Assembly: GCA_963849325.1 (NCBI GenBank)
Contig: CAWKHF010000012.1
Location: 1,376,001-1,440,000, forward strand
Direction: 5' to 3'
Length of the DNA: 64,000 bases
DNA from: an uncultured Planctomycetota bacterium
GTDB taxonomy: Bacteria > Planctomycetota > Planctomycetia > Gemmatales > Gemmataceae
Shown here: piece after piece, positions 12,135 through 25,600 of the stretch
Position numbering within the stretch: position 1 is the first letter of the stretch
Layout: each line of letters begins with the position of its first letter
The notes under the pieces: generated by a model
Told to the model about the DNA's origin: nothing
The model's database searches: none
Seen by the model: the letters and a program-made list of their open reading frames with translations, nothing else
Translations under genes and position numbers: made by a program

Positions 12135-13727
12135 TCAATGATTCAGGCTGAATTCGCCGCTGTTGAGAAGCACCCAGAAAACGTCGGCCAGCGCCTGCCG
12201 CACGTCCTGACGCGGCCCGCCGCCATCCACGTAGGGCACCAAACGTCTCGTTTCGGCCGCAGTGGGTTTGCGCGACAGCGTTGCCAGGAAAAGCGCTTCG
12301 ATCCGTCCGGCCGTGTCCAGCGAGCGGTCGTCGGCCACGGTCGTCAACGTGCCGCCGCCCTTCAATCGCGTGGCATCGGCGATGAAGCGTCCGTTCATGA
12401 GCATTAGCGCTTGTGGTATGGAGCGCTGCGTCTCGGTGCGCGGCTGACCGCCGGCGAAGCGAGCCAGGAACGCGGCGCGGGTGTCGTCGCGCGGGCCGTC
12501 CGCCGGACGAGGACTCGCAGGCGGCCGATAGCCAGTCGCCGTCGCCAGACTGTCGAACAGCTGTTCGGGACTGAGTTCCTTGACGACGCGATGGGCGAAC
12601 AGGCGAGAGGGCGGAGCCGAAGCGGCGTGTACGGCACTGGTGAGTTGGTAAGCCGGGCTGGCAATGATGCTCCGTATCAGGAAGTGCAGGTCAAAGCGGT
12701 GGGCGACGAATTGGTGGGCCAGCTCGTCGAGCAGTTCGGGATGGCTGGGCGGGTTGTCGGCCCGGAAATCGTCCACGGGTTCGACCAGTCCCAGGCCGAA
12801 GAAGTGGGCCCACAACCGATTCACCGTGGCGCGGGCGAAGTACGGATTTTCGGGGGCGGTCAGCCAGTCGGCGAGAGTGGTGCGGGCGCCGACGTTGTAC
12901 TTCCAGCGCGGCTCGCTTTCATCGAGGAAACGAGCCTCGGCGCTGACGAGGCTGCCCGGAATCTTGAGATCGCGGCGGTCGAACACCTCGCGGATGCCGC
13001 CGTCCGCGGCGTCGCGCTGAAGCCCGGCGAAGAAGGCCGCGTAGCCCCAGAAATGGCGGCGCGTCCAGGCGGCGGACGGATGGTCGTGACACTGGGCGCA
13101 TTCGATGCGCACGCCCAGGAACAGGCGGGCCGTGCTGGCGGCCAGGTTCTCCGCCCGGACGTCCTTGGCCAGGTAGAAGGCCATCGGCGTCGGCGCCGCC
13201 GCATCGGCCGGCTCGGCGAGCGGCATCCGGCCCAGCCGCACGCGCTCGCCGCCGAAGGGGAGCGTCAGCAGCTCGCGCACCATGCGGTCATAGGGCACAT
13301 TGCGGGAGAACTGCCGGCGGAGCCAGTCGTTGAAGCGGTCGAGTTGCCCTTGCACCGGATCGTTGCTGCCGGACTCCGGGATCAGCAGCTCGCGCCAGAC
13401 GTTGACGAAGTGCTCGACGTGGGCGCGGTCGTCAAGCAGCCGCCGCACCAGCCGTTCGCGCTTGTCGGACGTTTGGTCGGCGAGGAACGTCCGCGCCTCC
13501 GCCAGGGTCGGGATGCGGCCGATCAGGTCGAGATAGACGCGCCGCAGATATTCGGCGTCATCGGCCAGGGCGGCGGGCTTCACTCCTTCCGCCTGCCAGC
13601 GCGCGGCGAGGAGTTGATCGATCTTCCGCGCCAACTTCGGTTCGCTCAGCGGCTCGGCCGCATGCAGCGGCCCGGCGCAAACCAGCGGCGCTCCCAGCAC
13701 CAGCAGTCTCATCGCGTGGCGTAGCAT
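12135..13727 (-). CDS. DUF1549/DUF1553 (PSD1) planctomycete protein
   Basis: LRRVYLDLIGRIPT, CAQCHDHP, NPPSHPELLD, C-terminal EFSLNH. Confidence 0.92.
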   Translation of the reverse strand: MLRHAMRLLVLGAPLVCAGPLHAAEPLSEPKLARKIDQLLAARWQAEGVKPAALADDAEYLRRVYLDLIGRIPTLAEARTFLADQTSDKRERLVRRLLDDRAHVEHFVNVWRELLIPESGSNDPVQGQLDRFNDWLRRQFSRNVPYDRMVRELLTLPFGGERVRLGRMPLAEPADAAAPTPMAFYLAKDVRAENLAASTARLFLGVRIECAQCHDHPSAAWTRRHFWGYAAFFAGLQRDAADGGIREVFDRRDLKIPGSLVSAEARFLDESEPRWKYNVGARTTLADWLTAPENPYFARATVNRLWAHFFGLGLVEPVDDFRADNPPSHPELLDELAHQFVAHRFDLHFLIRSIIASPAYQLTSAVHAASAPPSRLFAHRVVKELSPEQLFDSLATATGYRPPASPRPADGPRDDTRAAFLARFAGGQPRTETQRSIPQALMLMNGRFIADATRLKGGGTLTTVADDRSLDTAGRIEALFLATLSRKPTAAETRRLVPYVDGGGPRQDVRQALADVFWVLLNSGEFSLNH

Positions 13728-13746
13728 GATGGTCGAAACTCCTCCC

Positions 13747-13800
13747 AGCCGCGAGCATCAGCGAGCGGGGCAGCCCGCTCGCTGACGCTCGCGGCTCGGA
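13747..13800. repeat. REP-like palindrome, family B
   Basis: AGCCGCGAGCATCAGCGAGCGGG-loop-CCCGCTCGCTGACGCTCGCGGCTCGGA. Confidence 0.85.
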
Positions 13801-13806
13801 TAAACA

Positions 13807-16630
13807 CTATCGAAGCTCCCACAAGCAGACGATGCCATCCGCGCCGGCAGAGAAGGCACGGCGACCGTCGGACGAGACGCCGACACTCAGCACCGGCTTG
13901 TTGTGTACCTCGAAACTGTCCCGGCATTCGCCCGTTTGCAGGTTCCACCAGCGAACCGTGTGGTCGTAGCTGGCAGTCAGGGCGTGCCGACCGTCGGGCG
14001 TGAAACAGGCGGCGCGGACGTAGCCGGCATGGCCTTCGAGGCGGCGGATTTCCTTCTTGGTGGCCACGTCCCACAGACGCACCGTGCGGTCGGTGCCGCC
14101 GGTGAGCACCTGACGGCCGTCAGGCGAGAATGCCGCCGTCAACACCGGGCCGTTGTGCCCGACAAGGAAGCCGAGCTTCTTGTTGGCGAACGGGTCCCAC
14201 AGGACGCAAGCATCATCCTCGGTGCCGCTGGCAACGACGGTGTGCCCATCCGGCGAGAACGCCACGGCATAGAGGGTATCCGTCAGTCCCTTGAGCTTGC
14301 GCAGCTCGCGCCCCGTCGCTATCTCCCAGAAACGCACCGTGCCATCGCGGCTGGCGGTGACGGCATGGCGGCCGTCGGGGCTGAAGGCCACGCCGGTCAG
14401 CGCCTTGGTGTGGCCCTGGAAGCGGCGCGTCTCCTTGCCGGTCGAGACATCCCACAGGCGGGCCGTGTGATCGCCGCCGGCCGACAGGGCGAATCGTCCG
14501 TCCGGGCTGAGGGCCAACGCCTGCACCTTGTCGGTGTGGCCCTCCCATACGGCGACCTCCTTGCCGCTGGCCGCGTCCCACACGCGCAGCGTGCCATCCC
14601 AGCCGGCGGAGAGGATGCGCCGGCCGTCCGGCGTCAGAGCGGCGCCCGTTACCCAACCGTCGTGCCCGCCGCAGCGAACGATCGGCAAACGTCTCGGCTC
14701 CAGGCTCCACAGCTTGAGCATCTCATCCTGGCCGGTGGTGACGAGGAAGTTCCCGGCGGACGCCACGACGATGGAACCGATGGCGCCGTGATGGCCAGTC
14801 AGCAACACCTGCTCCTGCCAGGAATCCGTCGCCCATAACACCAGGCCGGACCCGGCGTGGCCGCTGACCAGCTGCGCCGTCGGGAGTGAAGGCCAGCGCG
14901 CGCACGGCGCTCCGCTGCTTGCGCGTCAGCAGCAGTTTGTGCTCGGGCAGTTGCCAGAGCTTGAAAGTCGCATCACTGCCGCCCGTCGCCAGCAGCGGAG
15001 CATGGGGAGCGAAGGCCAGCGCCGTCACGTCGCCAGCGTGGGCGGACCAACTCGCTGTCTCCTGGCCGGTGGACACGTCCCACAGTTTGACAACGCCTGC
15101 GCCTTGTCCGTCCTTGTCGCCGCCGCTGGCCAGCAGTCTGCCATCCGGAGAGAAGGCCAGGCGCGCGATGCTGGTTTCGTGGCCGGTCCAGGCAGCTCGT
15201 TCGCGCAGCGGCTCGGGCACCGCCGCGGCATCGGGTACGTCCCACAACAAAATGGCGTGGTCGGCGCCGGCCGTGGCGAGGGTCTTGCCGTCGGGGGAGA
15301 AGGCCGCGGTGCGCACGGCGTTGCGATGGCCGCCCAGCGAGGCGATGGGTCGCCCGTCCGGCACCGACCACAGGCGAGCCGTGCGGTCGCGGCTGGCGCT
15401 GGCCAGTAGCTTGCCGTCCGGCGCGAAGGCCAGCCCGACCACGCCCGCCCGGTGTCCGCGCAGCGTCGCCTTCACCTGCCAGGTCTTCACGTCGCGGAGC
15501 ACGATGGTCCGATCGTCACCGGCGGTGGCGACGGTACTGCCGTCAGGCGAGAGGGCGGCGATCGCATGCAGTCCGTGGCCCGCGCGCTGCGTGTGCCGTG
15601 CCTGCAAGCGCGGGATACTGGCGTCCCATAGCTCGATGGTGCGGTCGGCAGCGGCGCTGGCCAGCTGCCGGCCGCTCGGCGCGAAGGCCAGGCACGTCAC
15701 GCTCTCGCTGTGCCCTTCCAGGGTCGCCAACTCCGCGCCCGTCTGCACGTCCCACAATTTGATGAGGCGGTCGAAGCCGCCGGTGGCCAGCAGCTGGCCG
15801 CGCGGCGAAAACGCCACGGAGAAGACGAGATCGTTGTGCCCTTCCAGCGAACGCACTTCCCGGCCTTTCGCCACGTCCCAGAGCTTGACCGCCTTGTCCT
15901 CGCCAACGCTCGCCAGCCATTTGCCGTCCGGCGAGAACGCCACGCCGCGCACCGTTCCCTCGTGTCCCTCCAGGGCCGCTTTCTCCTCAAACGTGTGCGC
16001 GTCCCACAGACGAACGCGGCGGTCGGCGCCGGCGGAAGCCAGCAGTTTCTCATCCGGCGAAAACGCGACAGCGCGGACGGTCCCTCGATGGCCCTTCAGG
16101 GTGGCGCGCTCGGCGCCCGTGGCCACGTCCCAGACCTTGACCACGCGATCGTAACCGGCCGAGGCCAGCGTTTTGCCGTTTGGAGAAAAAGCGACTCCGT
16201 AAATCCAGTTTTTGTGCCCCGTGAGTGTTCGCAGTTCCTTGCGAGCGGCGACGTCCCAGAGTTTGATGGTCTGATCGTAGCTGGCCGAGGCCAGGAGCTT
16301 GCCGTCCGGGGAGAAGGCCAGGCTGGAGATGGCGTCGCCGTGGCCGGCGAGCAAGGCGACGCGCTTGCCGCTGAGGACGTCCCAGAGCTTGACCAGTTTG
16401 TCGGCGCCGCCGGCTGCCAGCGTCTCGCGGTCGGGAGAATACGCCACCGCGAGCATCTCGGCGGAGTCGTCGCCCAGCGGCGTCGGCTGCGGATCGAATC
16501 GCGTCGGCTCCGGGAACGACAGCCGCGCCGGGGCCTTCACGGCGGGCTGCTGTACGCGGGCCACGCCGCACAGGCTCGCCACGATGGCCACCGCCAGGAC
16601 GGCCCCGAGGAAACGCGCATGTCGTCGCAT
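13807..16630 (-). CDS. Exported multi-propeller WD40-repeat protein (frameshift near 14880)
   Basis: About 20 GH...FSPDG...LWD repeats across two frames; N-terminal signal. Confidence 0.9.
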
Positions 16631-16644
16631 GGGTCGCTCTCTCC

Positions 16645-19600
16645 TCACTTCTTCGCGTCCTTCACCGCCCACAGCGTCTCCTCATCGGGCACCTGGCGCG
16701 GCCACTGTCCGCGGTAGGTCACGTTGCGGACGCGGATCGTCGTGTCGTCGGCGTAGTGGAACAGGCCGAAGGTCCGCTGGTTCGTCGATTCGAGCACGCG
16801 CTGGTACACCTCGACGCCGTTGAGGTGTAACGTCACCGTGTCGCCGGTCAGCGACAGTTTCAGGTGATTCCATGCCTTCGGTTTCAGCGGCAGCGCCGCC
16901 GGGCCGCGCCGATTGTTCGGCTCGGTCGTGGCGTTGTCCAGCGACAGGCCGGTACGGTCGTGGACGCCGTCGGTCAGCCAGTGGATGCGCACGCCCTCCG
17001 GGTCGAGCAGGAACACGAGGCGGTCGAGGGCGGGATGGCCGTGTACCTTGTCCGGTTCGTAGAAGAAGTCATACTCGATCTCGCCGTCTTCCAGCAGGGG
17101 ACGATGATAGTGCAGCGCTTGCTCCTGCCAGGTCCGCGGCGGCGGCGGGCGGTCGCCCCGCGGCTCCGCCCGGCTGCCGTGACTGACGATGGTGTCGCCG
17201 CGCTTCTGCCAGCCGCTGGAGTCGTAGGAACGCCAGCCGGTCAGGTCGGGCAGCGCCGACAGCGACAACGATTGTGGCACCTGCGGCCGGCCGGTGATTT
17301 TCAAGTCGCGGACGCCGGCCGTGAGCTGATGATCGGCGAGCAGCATCAGCCACGGGTCCGCGTCATCCAGTAGCCACTCCTCGCACATCTTGCGGTCGTT
17401 GACGAAGACGGTCCAGGTTGCGCCGCGGACGACGAGACGGAACTTGTACCAGGGACCGGGGGCCGGCAACGGCGGGACGAGGTCGCCGACACGGATGCGC
17501 TCGGAGAATCGGTTCAGATTGTAGCTCTTGAGCGTGTAGAGCAGGTCAAAGCGCAGACCGCCGTAGGCCAGCCGCATCTCGCGCCAGCCGAAGGATGTCA
17601 GCTCACAGGAAACCTCGAAGTCGCCCCGGAGCGGCATGCGCAGATACAGGTAATCCTGAGCGCGACCGGGGTAATGCTTGACGACGCCGCCATCCTCGAC
17701 GGCCCAGTGCGTTTTCGGCGAACCGATGCCGCGCGGCATCGCCCAGTTGTGAGACACGGGGTTCCAGTACAGGAGGCCGGGATCTTCGCCGAAGGCGTGC
17801 CTCGGCGGCGGCGACCGCAAGACCTGGATGGCGGCGCGAGCCTGCTTGACGTGCCGGATCCATTGATCGCGGCTGGGCAGCGGAATTCCTTTGACGATCC
17901 CCTCTTCCATCTGCTTGACCTGCGTCTCCAGCAGCGCCAGCGCCGCGGCGCGAAGGGCGGGGCGGCTCATCGCCCCCTTGGCGGCCACCAGTTCGGGCCA
18001 GCGCCGCCAGGTCGGCTCGTCCAGCGGTCGTGCGGCGATCCATCGCGTCAATTCGTCGAGGGCCGTCCGCGCCGGCTCATCCCGTTCCTGAGCAGCCCAC
18101 ACCAACACCTGCATCGCCAACCGCCCCCGCGCCTGCCGGGGATCCGAAGCGTGCTCGACGTGCTTGGCCAATTCGGCGAGTTTACCGAGTTTTTTCGCCA
18201 ATCTCACCAACTCCAGGGCGGGCGCTTCGAGTTCGCCTCCGGTCTGCACGCGACGGCCCGAAGGCAGCGGCTTCGGCGCCACCGGCGGGGCCGGGTCAGC
18301 CGGCGTGAACTCGCCGGCCATCTGGAAGACCGAATGGCCCTCGCCCGGCAGCACCCACGCCGCCAAAAGCTCAAAAGCCTTTTCGTCGGGCAAGGCTCGT
18401 GCCTGCCGCAGAATGTGGTCCGCATTCAGCAAGAAGAACTTCTCGCCGATTAGCGCCCGGCGGATCGCCCCGTCCGTGACTGGCCCGGCCGCAACGAGCG
18501 GATCGGCCAATTCCTTGTCGCTCAGCTTCGCGGGCCAGTCGCCGGTGAGGACGACGTTGCGGACCTGCACGGCAGTGCGATTCTTGTAGTGGAATAAGCC
18601 GAATGTGCGGGCATTATCCGGTTCCAGCTTCTGTTCGCAAATGGTGGCGCCGTTCAATTCGAGCTTCACTCCGTCTGCGGTCAAGGAGACCTGGAGCCGG
18701 TTCCACTCGTTGGCCTTGAACGGCAGCGGCCCGGCCGCGCGGCCGTCGGCCGCCTCGACGGCGTTGTCCGTCGCCAGGCCGGTCCAATCATTGCCGTCAT
18801 TCTCGCCCAGCCAGTGCAGGCGCATGCGCTCCGGCCCTAGCAGGAAGGCGAGCCGGCCCAGGGCGGGATACACCATCACCTCGCCGGGCCGATAGAAGAA
18901 CTCGTAGCGCAACGTCTCGCCGGAACGCAGAGGGCGGAAGTACGACAGCAGGCTGCCCACGCCTTCGCGCCCCGGAAGATCGCGGGCGTGCCGGCCGTGG
19001 ATTTCCCCCTCACGGGAGTACCAGTCGAAAGAGGATAACTCCCTTTTCCGATTCGGTATGTCTGTTTCTTCCTCATCCGAGCTGTCCGCCTGTTTGTTCA
19101 GACGTGTGGGCTGACTGTCCTGGTAGAAGCTGGATACCCAGCCCTCCAGGCGGTCTCCGTGGCTGAGTCGGACCTCGCGGGGCACCTGCGGCGTGCCGCG
19201 GATTTGCGGGTTGCGGAAGACGGTATGTCGCTCGCGGCTGGCGAACAGGGCCAGCCACGGACTCGTCGGGCTGGGGTCCGTCTGCTCGTGGACGAGTCGG
19301 CCGTTGACCAGCCAGCGCAGCTTGCCCGGCTCGACCTGGACCGTGAAGCGGTTAAAGGTGTCGTGGTGGAGGGCGCCGGCGAGCAGGTAGATTTGTTCGT
19401 GGGCACCCACCGGCCAGAACCGACTGGTCGAGGTAGGGTTCGGCTCGAACACCATGCCGGCGTAGCCCATGTGGCCCTCGGCCCAGCCGCCGTGGTAGGC
19501 ATCGACCGAGAACTCAAACGATCCGGTAAGCGGATAATCATAGAGCAGGAATTGATGATCGGGACCGAGCAGATGGGCGACGTGACCTTCGTGGGCAACC

Positions 19601-22600
19601 CACCAGGCAGGCAGCGTTCCGCTGGGGCGAGCGGCGCCGGACTCGTAATTACCTGGGTGCCAGTGTTTCAACTCCGGCTGGCGCGGACCTGACGCTTGCG
19701 GCTTAGCGCCAGACCGCAAACGGCTCTGGGCCACGTTCTCACGCAGATGGATCAGCATCGACCAGTTGCGGCTACGCTGGGCCAGGGAAAGGAGCGCGTC
19801 GGCCAGGGCGTGCCCCGGCGCGGACAGGTGGGCATCGCTCAGGCAGGCCCGCGCCAGCAGGTAATCCGTCCATTCGACCTGCGGTCCCTCGTTCTGCTGT
19901 CCAGGGTAGTAGTACGGCGAGCGGACGGGCGGCGGTGCCGCCAGCGTCTTGCGCACCCGTTCGAGGTGCTGCTTGACCGCGTCCTCGACGGAGGCGCCTT
20001 GACCGCGCGCGATCTGAATTAGCGCATGGAGCGTATCGGCGTTCTCGACTTTCTTGGCAGCAAGCTGCTGGACCTCCGCGGCCAGCTCATCGAGCTTGCC
20101 CGTGTCTCGCGCCGCCTCGATGAGTAGATCGGGCGTATTCAGCACGCCTCCCCGTGGAACGCGGTACTTGCCGAAGGCGGCCGGCGGCGCCTCCGTCGGC
20201 ACGAAGCCGCCGAGGACGCGGACAGACCGGCGCACCAGCGTCGGCAGCGTCCAGCTCTTGAGCAACTCGTAGCGGCGCGGAGCGGGCAGAACGTCGAACT
20301 GGCGGGCGAAGCCGGCGACCAGATAATTGAGGGCGTCGCGGGGAACTTGCGCCTGTTGCTCGGCGGGGAGATCGACGACCATGCCGAGTAGATCCAGCGC
20401 ATCGCCGAGGAGGCCGGCGCGGATGTACGCGCGGACCACGTTCTGCATTTGCTGGACCAACTGCGACTGGCCACCTTTGCCGACCAGATTGCGCAGACCC
20501 AGAGCCGTCACTTCCTTGAGCCGTGTCCGTCCCTCCTTCGTCTTGCCGTGCTCGAAATCGTGACGCGCCAGGAACAGGAGCACATTCATGGCCGAATCCT
20601 CAGCGCCGGCCGCGATCAAGTTCTTGGCCGCTCGTTCGAGCACCGGCAGGGCGGTCGGGGCCAACTCGGGTTTGGAGAGGGCCGGCGCCGCCACCTGAAC
20701 GAGCAGGTCGGCGGTGTGTCGCAAGTTGTCCTTGTGCAAACTCTGCTCGAACTCCTGGAGCAGTTCGCCGAGGCGAGCGTTGTCCCCAGCAACCCAGGCT
20801 ACCTGCGCCAGCAGAACGCGGGCGTTCAATTCGCCCAGCGGCTTGTCCTTCCGGGACGCGACACGCTGGCGCAGATCGTCGAGGCGGTCGGCCTTTTTCG
20901 CGGCCTCGGCGAGCAGCCGGCCGACGCTGTTGCCCGGCTGGGAGGGATCGGCGCCGGAGTCCGGCGTGTACAGGAAGACCTCGGCGGGCCGCGCCGCGGG
21001 CAGCACCACATCGGCCAGCGCATCGTAGATGTCCGACTCCGGCACCCCGCCGCGCCGCCAGCGCGCGACCAGTTCGCTCAGCTGGTTGGCGACGGCATAA
21101 CTGTGCTGGCCGGCGTCGTCGGCGACGGAAAGTGAGGAGCCGCCGCCAGCGACGGAAAGAGAGTAGACGCCGCCAGCGACCATCGCGTTTCGCCGTCGGC
21201 CGAAGTTCGAGTTACCGGACACCGGCGGGCCGCCGCGCAGGGCGTCGCGGACGGCCCGCAACGATAGAGCGAACATCTTTCGCTCGGCCGCCAGCTTGGC
21301 CACTTCCGCGGCCCGATCGAATTGCTGGTTCGTGACGCCGGGCACAAGCAAGTCCACCGCCGCTTGCGCCTTGCGTGGCGGCGGCGCGACGGGAGCCGGC
21401 GTAGGGGCCGCGAGCGCGAAATACGTGTCAGGAACCTTTTTCCGGCCGGCCACGAAAAAGGTTCCTGACACGTATTTCGCCGCCCGCGCTGACGCTCGCG
21501 GCTCGGATTTTTTCGACGGCGCGGGCAGCACAACGTCGAGAATCTCGGCCCAGCGCTGTTCCGCCGCCTGACGGTCGCCGCGATCCAGCTCGATTTGTCC
21601 CCATTCGCGCAACATGGCCAACGCGAAGTGCGGTTCCAACTGTCGCCGGGCCGCGTCCACGGCCCGACGGCCGAGTTGCTCGCCCGCCGCCCGCAACGGC
21701 TGTCGGCGCAGACAGTCGCGGGCCACCAGCCACAAGCCGATTTGTCGCGCTGCCTCGCGCGCTGGCGGGCGTTGGCGCGCTTCCCTGCGGGTAGCTTCTC
21801 CAACGGCAGCGCAGCGACGAACTTGTTCAGCCGCTCGACCGCTTCACTGGCTCGCTCCGGCTTGTCCTCCGTCAGCGCTTCCAGCGCCGCCGCGATCCGC
21901 ACGGACACGTCGCGCGGATGCTCGGCCCGCAGTTTCGCCAGGGCCGCTCGCGCTTCCGTCTGCGCTTCCGGCTTCTTCGCCGCCGCGTGCAAGGCCCGCT
22001 CCAACATGCTCGTCAGCCGGGCGTCCGGCAGTTCGCGCGGCTGCACCAGCAGCAACAGGTCCAGCGCCGCCGCATCGCCTTTGAGGTCGGGGCGCGGCGT
22101 GAGCACGTCGCGCACCGCCTCGGCCAGCGTCGCCGGCTTGAGACCCTTGATGGCGTTGTGCAGCGCGCGCTCCGCCTGCTGCTTCAGCCAGTTGCCATTA
22201 AAGTTGGCCGCGGCTTCCAGGGTCTCGCTATCGTCGAGCAGTTCGCTACAGAGACGCACGGCATCGACGGGGTAGCCCATCTCGGTGAGCGAGTTCGCCA
22301 GTGCCGAGGTGTTCTGGATGCGCCGGTAGGCGGCGTAGCCGGGGTCGTACTGATCGGGGGTCGGCCGCGAGCACTTCAGCAACAGCGTCCGCGCCTTGCG
22401 CTTGCACCCGCCTCACGGTAGAGGTTCACCAGCAGGCGAACCGGGCTGTAGCTGTAATCCAAGTTGGAGTCGGTGAGCATGTCCTCAATGCCACCTTCCA
22501 GCGTCTCCAGGGCGAGGTCGCGCATCGACTCGTAATCGGTCAGCTCCTGGCCGAAGATGAAGCGCGGCCAGGTCGGCATCGGGTTCTCCTTGTCGTCGAG

Positions 22601-25600
22601 CAGCTCGCGCCAGGCGCGGCGGGCCTCGTCCGTTCGGCCGCGCTGAAGGTTCAACACGGCCAGCAGCGCTTTACCGGCGCTCCATCCGGGGCGCTTGGCC
22701 AGCGCCTCCTCGACCTCGCGCGTCAACGGCCGGAGCCGGTTCTGCCGCCGCGCCGCTTCCAGCAGGCGCGTGACGACGGCGCTGACCCGGCCATCGCCGC
22801 CGTAGCTGATGACCTCCTCGCTGCCCCGCCACGGATCGATGACGATGTCGCCTTGCGGGATGACGGCCTGGCGCGCGTAGTCGTAGACCTCTGGCAGCTG
22901 CCATAGCTCATTCTGGTACAGCGAACCCAGAATGTGCGACCGTTCCTGCGGAAAGGCCTCCCACACCTTGCGGAACAGCTTCAAGCCCTGGGCGCGCGTG
23001 CGCTCCTGTTGGAACAGCGGCTGCAACACGTTGAGGAACACCCAGTAGTTGCCGCCCGCCGCCTTGAGGTCGATCTCGTCGAACAGCTTCACCAACTCTT
23101 CGGTCTTTCCGGCCTGGGCGAAGACCTGTTCGATGTCCCAGTAGTCCGAGGCGAACAGCGCCGGGTCCTTGCGGATGGCGACGCGGTAGCGCTCCGTGGC
23201 CGCGACCAGTTCACCGACCTGCTGGAGCTGCTGGGCGATCTGGAACTGGATCTTGGCGTCGTCGGGCCGCACCTTCGCCATGCGCCCGGCGATGTCCTTG
23301 ACCTTGTCCTTGTCGCCGGCCGCCTTGTAATACTCCAGCAGTGTCTGGTGCAGCTCCAGCGACTGCGGCGCCGCCTTGAGCTGGGCCTCGGCCCGCGCGA
23401 TCATCTCGCTGAGCTTGCCGGAACGAACTAAAACCTGAATCGCCTCGGCCCGGCCGTCGTTCTCGCGCGAGTAGTAGCGGGGCATGAACGTCAGCGACGG
23501 ACCCTTGCGCAGCAGCTTGCGGGCGATCTGCACCGCTAGGTCGATGTGGTTCTGGTTCTGATACTGATGCATCAGACTGATGAGGGCGGCGGTACGATGG
23601 CCGGCTTGGTGGTGGGCGCGGCCAAGCACCTTCTCGGCGGCATCGTGCATGCCGAGCTGGTTCATCTGGGCGGCGAGTTGTACCTGCGTCTCCGCGTCCA
23701 GGCGCAGGCCGAATAGCCGATCGGCGGCGCGGCGGGCGCGTTCGACATCGCCGATCTTCACCGCCACGCGCAGGGCGGCGATCTCGCGCTGCTGCATGGT
23801 CGTGTGGTCCAGCGGCGTGATGCCGTCGAGAATGGCCAGCGCCTCGCGCGGCTCGTTATTGCTCTCGCGCAGACGGGCCACCTCCAGGCGCAGGTACACG
23901 TCGGCGGGGGCTAGGTCGCTGGCCGCGTTCATCGCGGTCAGGGCTTGCTCGTACTCGTGGTTCCACCAGTGCAGAGCGGCGAGCGTGAGACGCAAAGACA
24001 CCTTGTCGGCGGCGTCGGCCTTGTCCAGTTCCTGCCGAAACTGGCCGAACAGGTCGCTCACCAGGTCATCGCGTTTGTACAACTCGAAAGCGTTGCGCAG
24101 CAGCTCGATAGCGGCGCCGTCGAGGTAGTCATTGGGCTGCGGAAAGTCGATGGCGATCTGCCGGCGACTGTTGCCGACATACACGGAATAATTGCCCTGC
24201 CACGACGACGTTGCGCGACCCGATGAGGTGCGCCCGGATGCCTGATGCTGGTGCCGGTAGGCCGTCAGGTAGGCCAGGTAGAGCGGAGGGATGGTGGCGT
24301 GTGCCTTGGCATCGGCGCGGGCACGCATGGCCTCTTCCAGCGCCGACGCCGCCTGCCGGATGTTCAGGGGAGCGCCGGCTACGGCGCGGGAGCGCTGCCT
24401 TGCAGCTTGTTGAGCCGATCGAAGAAGCCCAAGACGGTGTCGAGATCGCCGCGTTTGGCGGCGACGAAGAGCACCTGACGAAGAAGGCCGGGTTGCCCGC
24501 CCGCCGACGCGGTCGCCACGGCATCGCGGTAGACTTGCTCTTCCTCCTTCGTCCTCTTGGCCCGCTTCAGTTCCGTGAGGACGTTCGTCAGCACGTCCGT
24601 CGTCAGCCACTGCGGCTTCTCCTTGCGTAGGGTTTGGAAGCCGGCCACGACGCGATCCAGTTCGTCGGCCGGCAGCGGCGGCGTGGTGTCCACGGCGCCA
24701 GGCCGGGACGACCGACCGGAGCGATCGGTGCCCGTCCGCCCGGACAGGGCGTGCAAGTAGGCCCATTGGCCGGCCGGGTCCGACGAGCGGGCCAGTTCCC
24801 GCGCTGCCGCGCAGATCTCGCGCGTGTCCTGCCGCAGCAGTTGCAGGTAATACCAGTCCCAGGCGGCATGAGGCGACGACGACCCACGGGCCGGCCGGTG
24901 CTCCGTCAGGAAGGCGTCGCCGTGGTTCTTCTTCTGGGCAAACCCCATCAGCCAGGCCAGGGCGGCCATGCGCGCCTGGCCGAAGTCGCGCGGCATCCAG
25001 ACACGAGGCGAGGAGCCGGAGTTGAAGTCATAGCGCGAGTCCAGCCCCGTGAAGGCGCGGATCTCCCAAACGTTCTGGGTACGCTGCGCCAGCGGCACCT
25101 CGTCCGGCAGGAGGGTCATCGAGGTCGAGCTTCCCACGGCGCGGCCTGGCTTCGGCTTCTGGCCCGCCTTGAGCGCCGCGCCTTTCTCGTCGTCGGACAG
25201 GCGCAGGTCGAGCAGGACCTGGAAGTCGCCGGCCGGCCTCGTCCTGCCGGTGCAGGTCGGCCAGGGCGGCGCCTTCACGGTAGAGCAGTTCCCAGTTGCC
25301 CGGCTTCTGCGTCAGCAGCCGCCGTGTGATGGCGAGCACGGCATCGGCCTTCCCGTGGGCGAGCAGGGAATCGATGGCCTGCAAATTGCGGTGCGGCTCC
25401 GTTTCGCCGGCGACCAGCTGGACCCAGATCGTCGCCGCCTCGTCCGACTCGCCGGCCTTGACCAGGAGCTGCGCCAGTCGCAGCCGGGCGTCGTGACTGT
25501 TCGGCGCCGCCTGCGCGAGCTGACGCTGGTACTTCAGGGCCACGATGTTGTCGCCCTCACGCTCGGCCAATTGAGATAGCTGTTGAAGCAATTGCGTATC

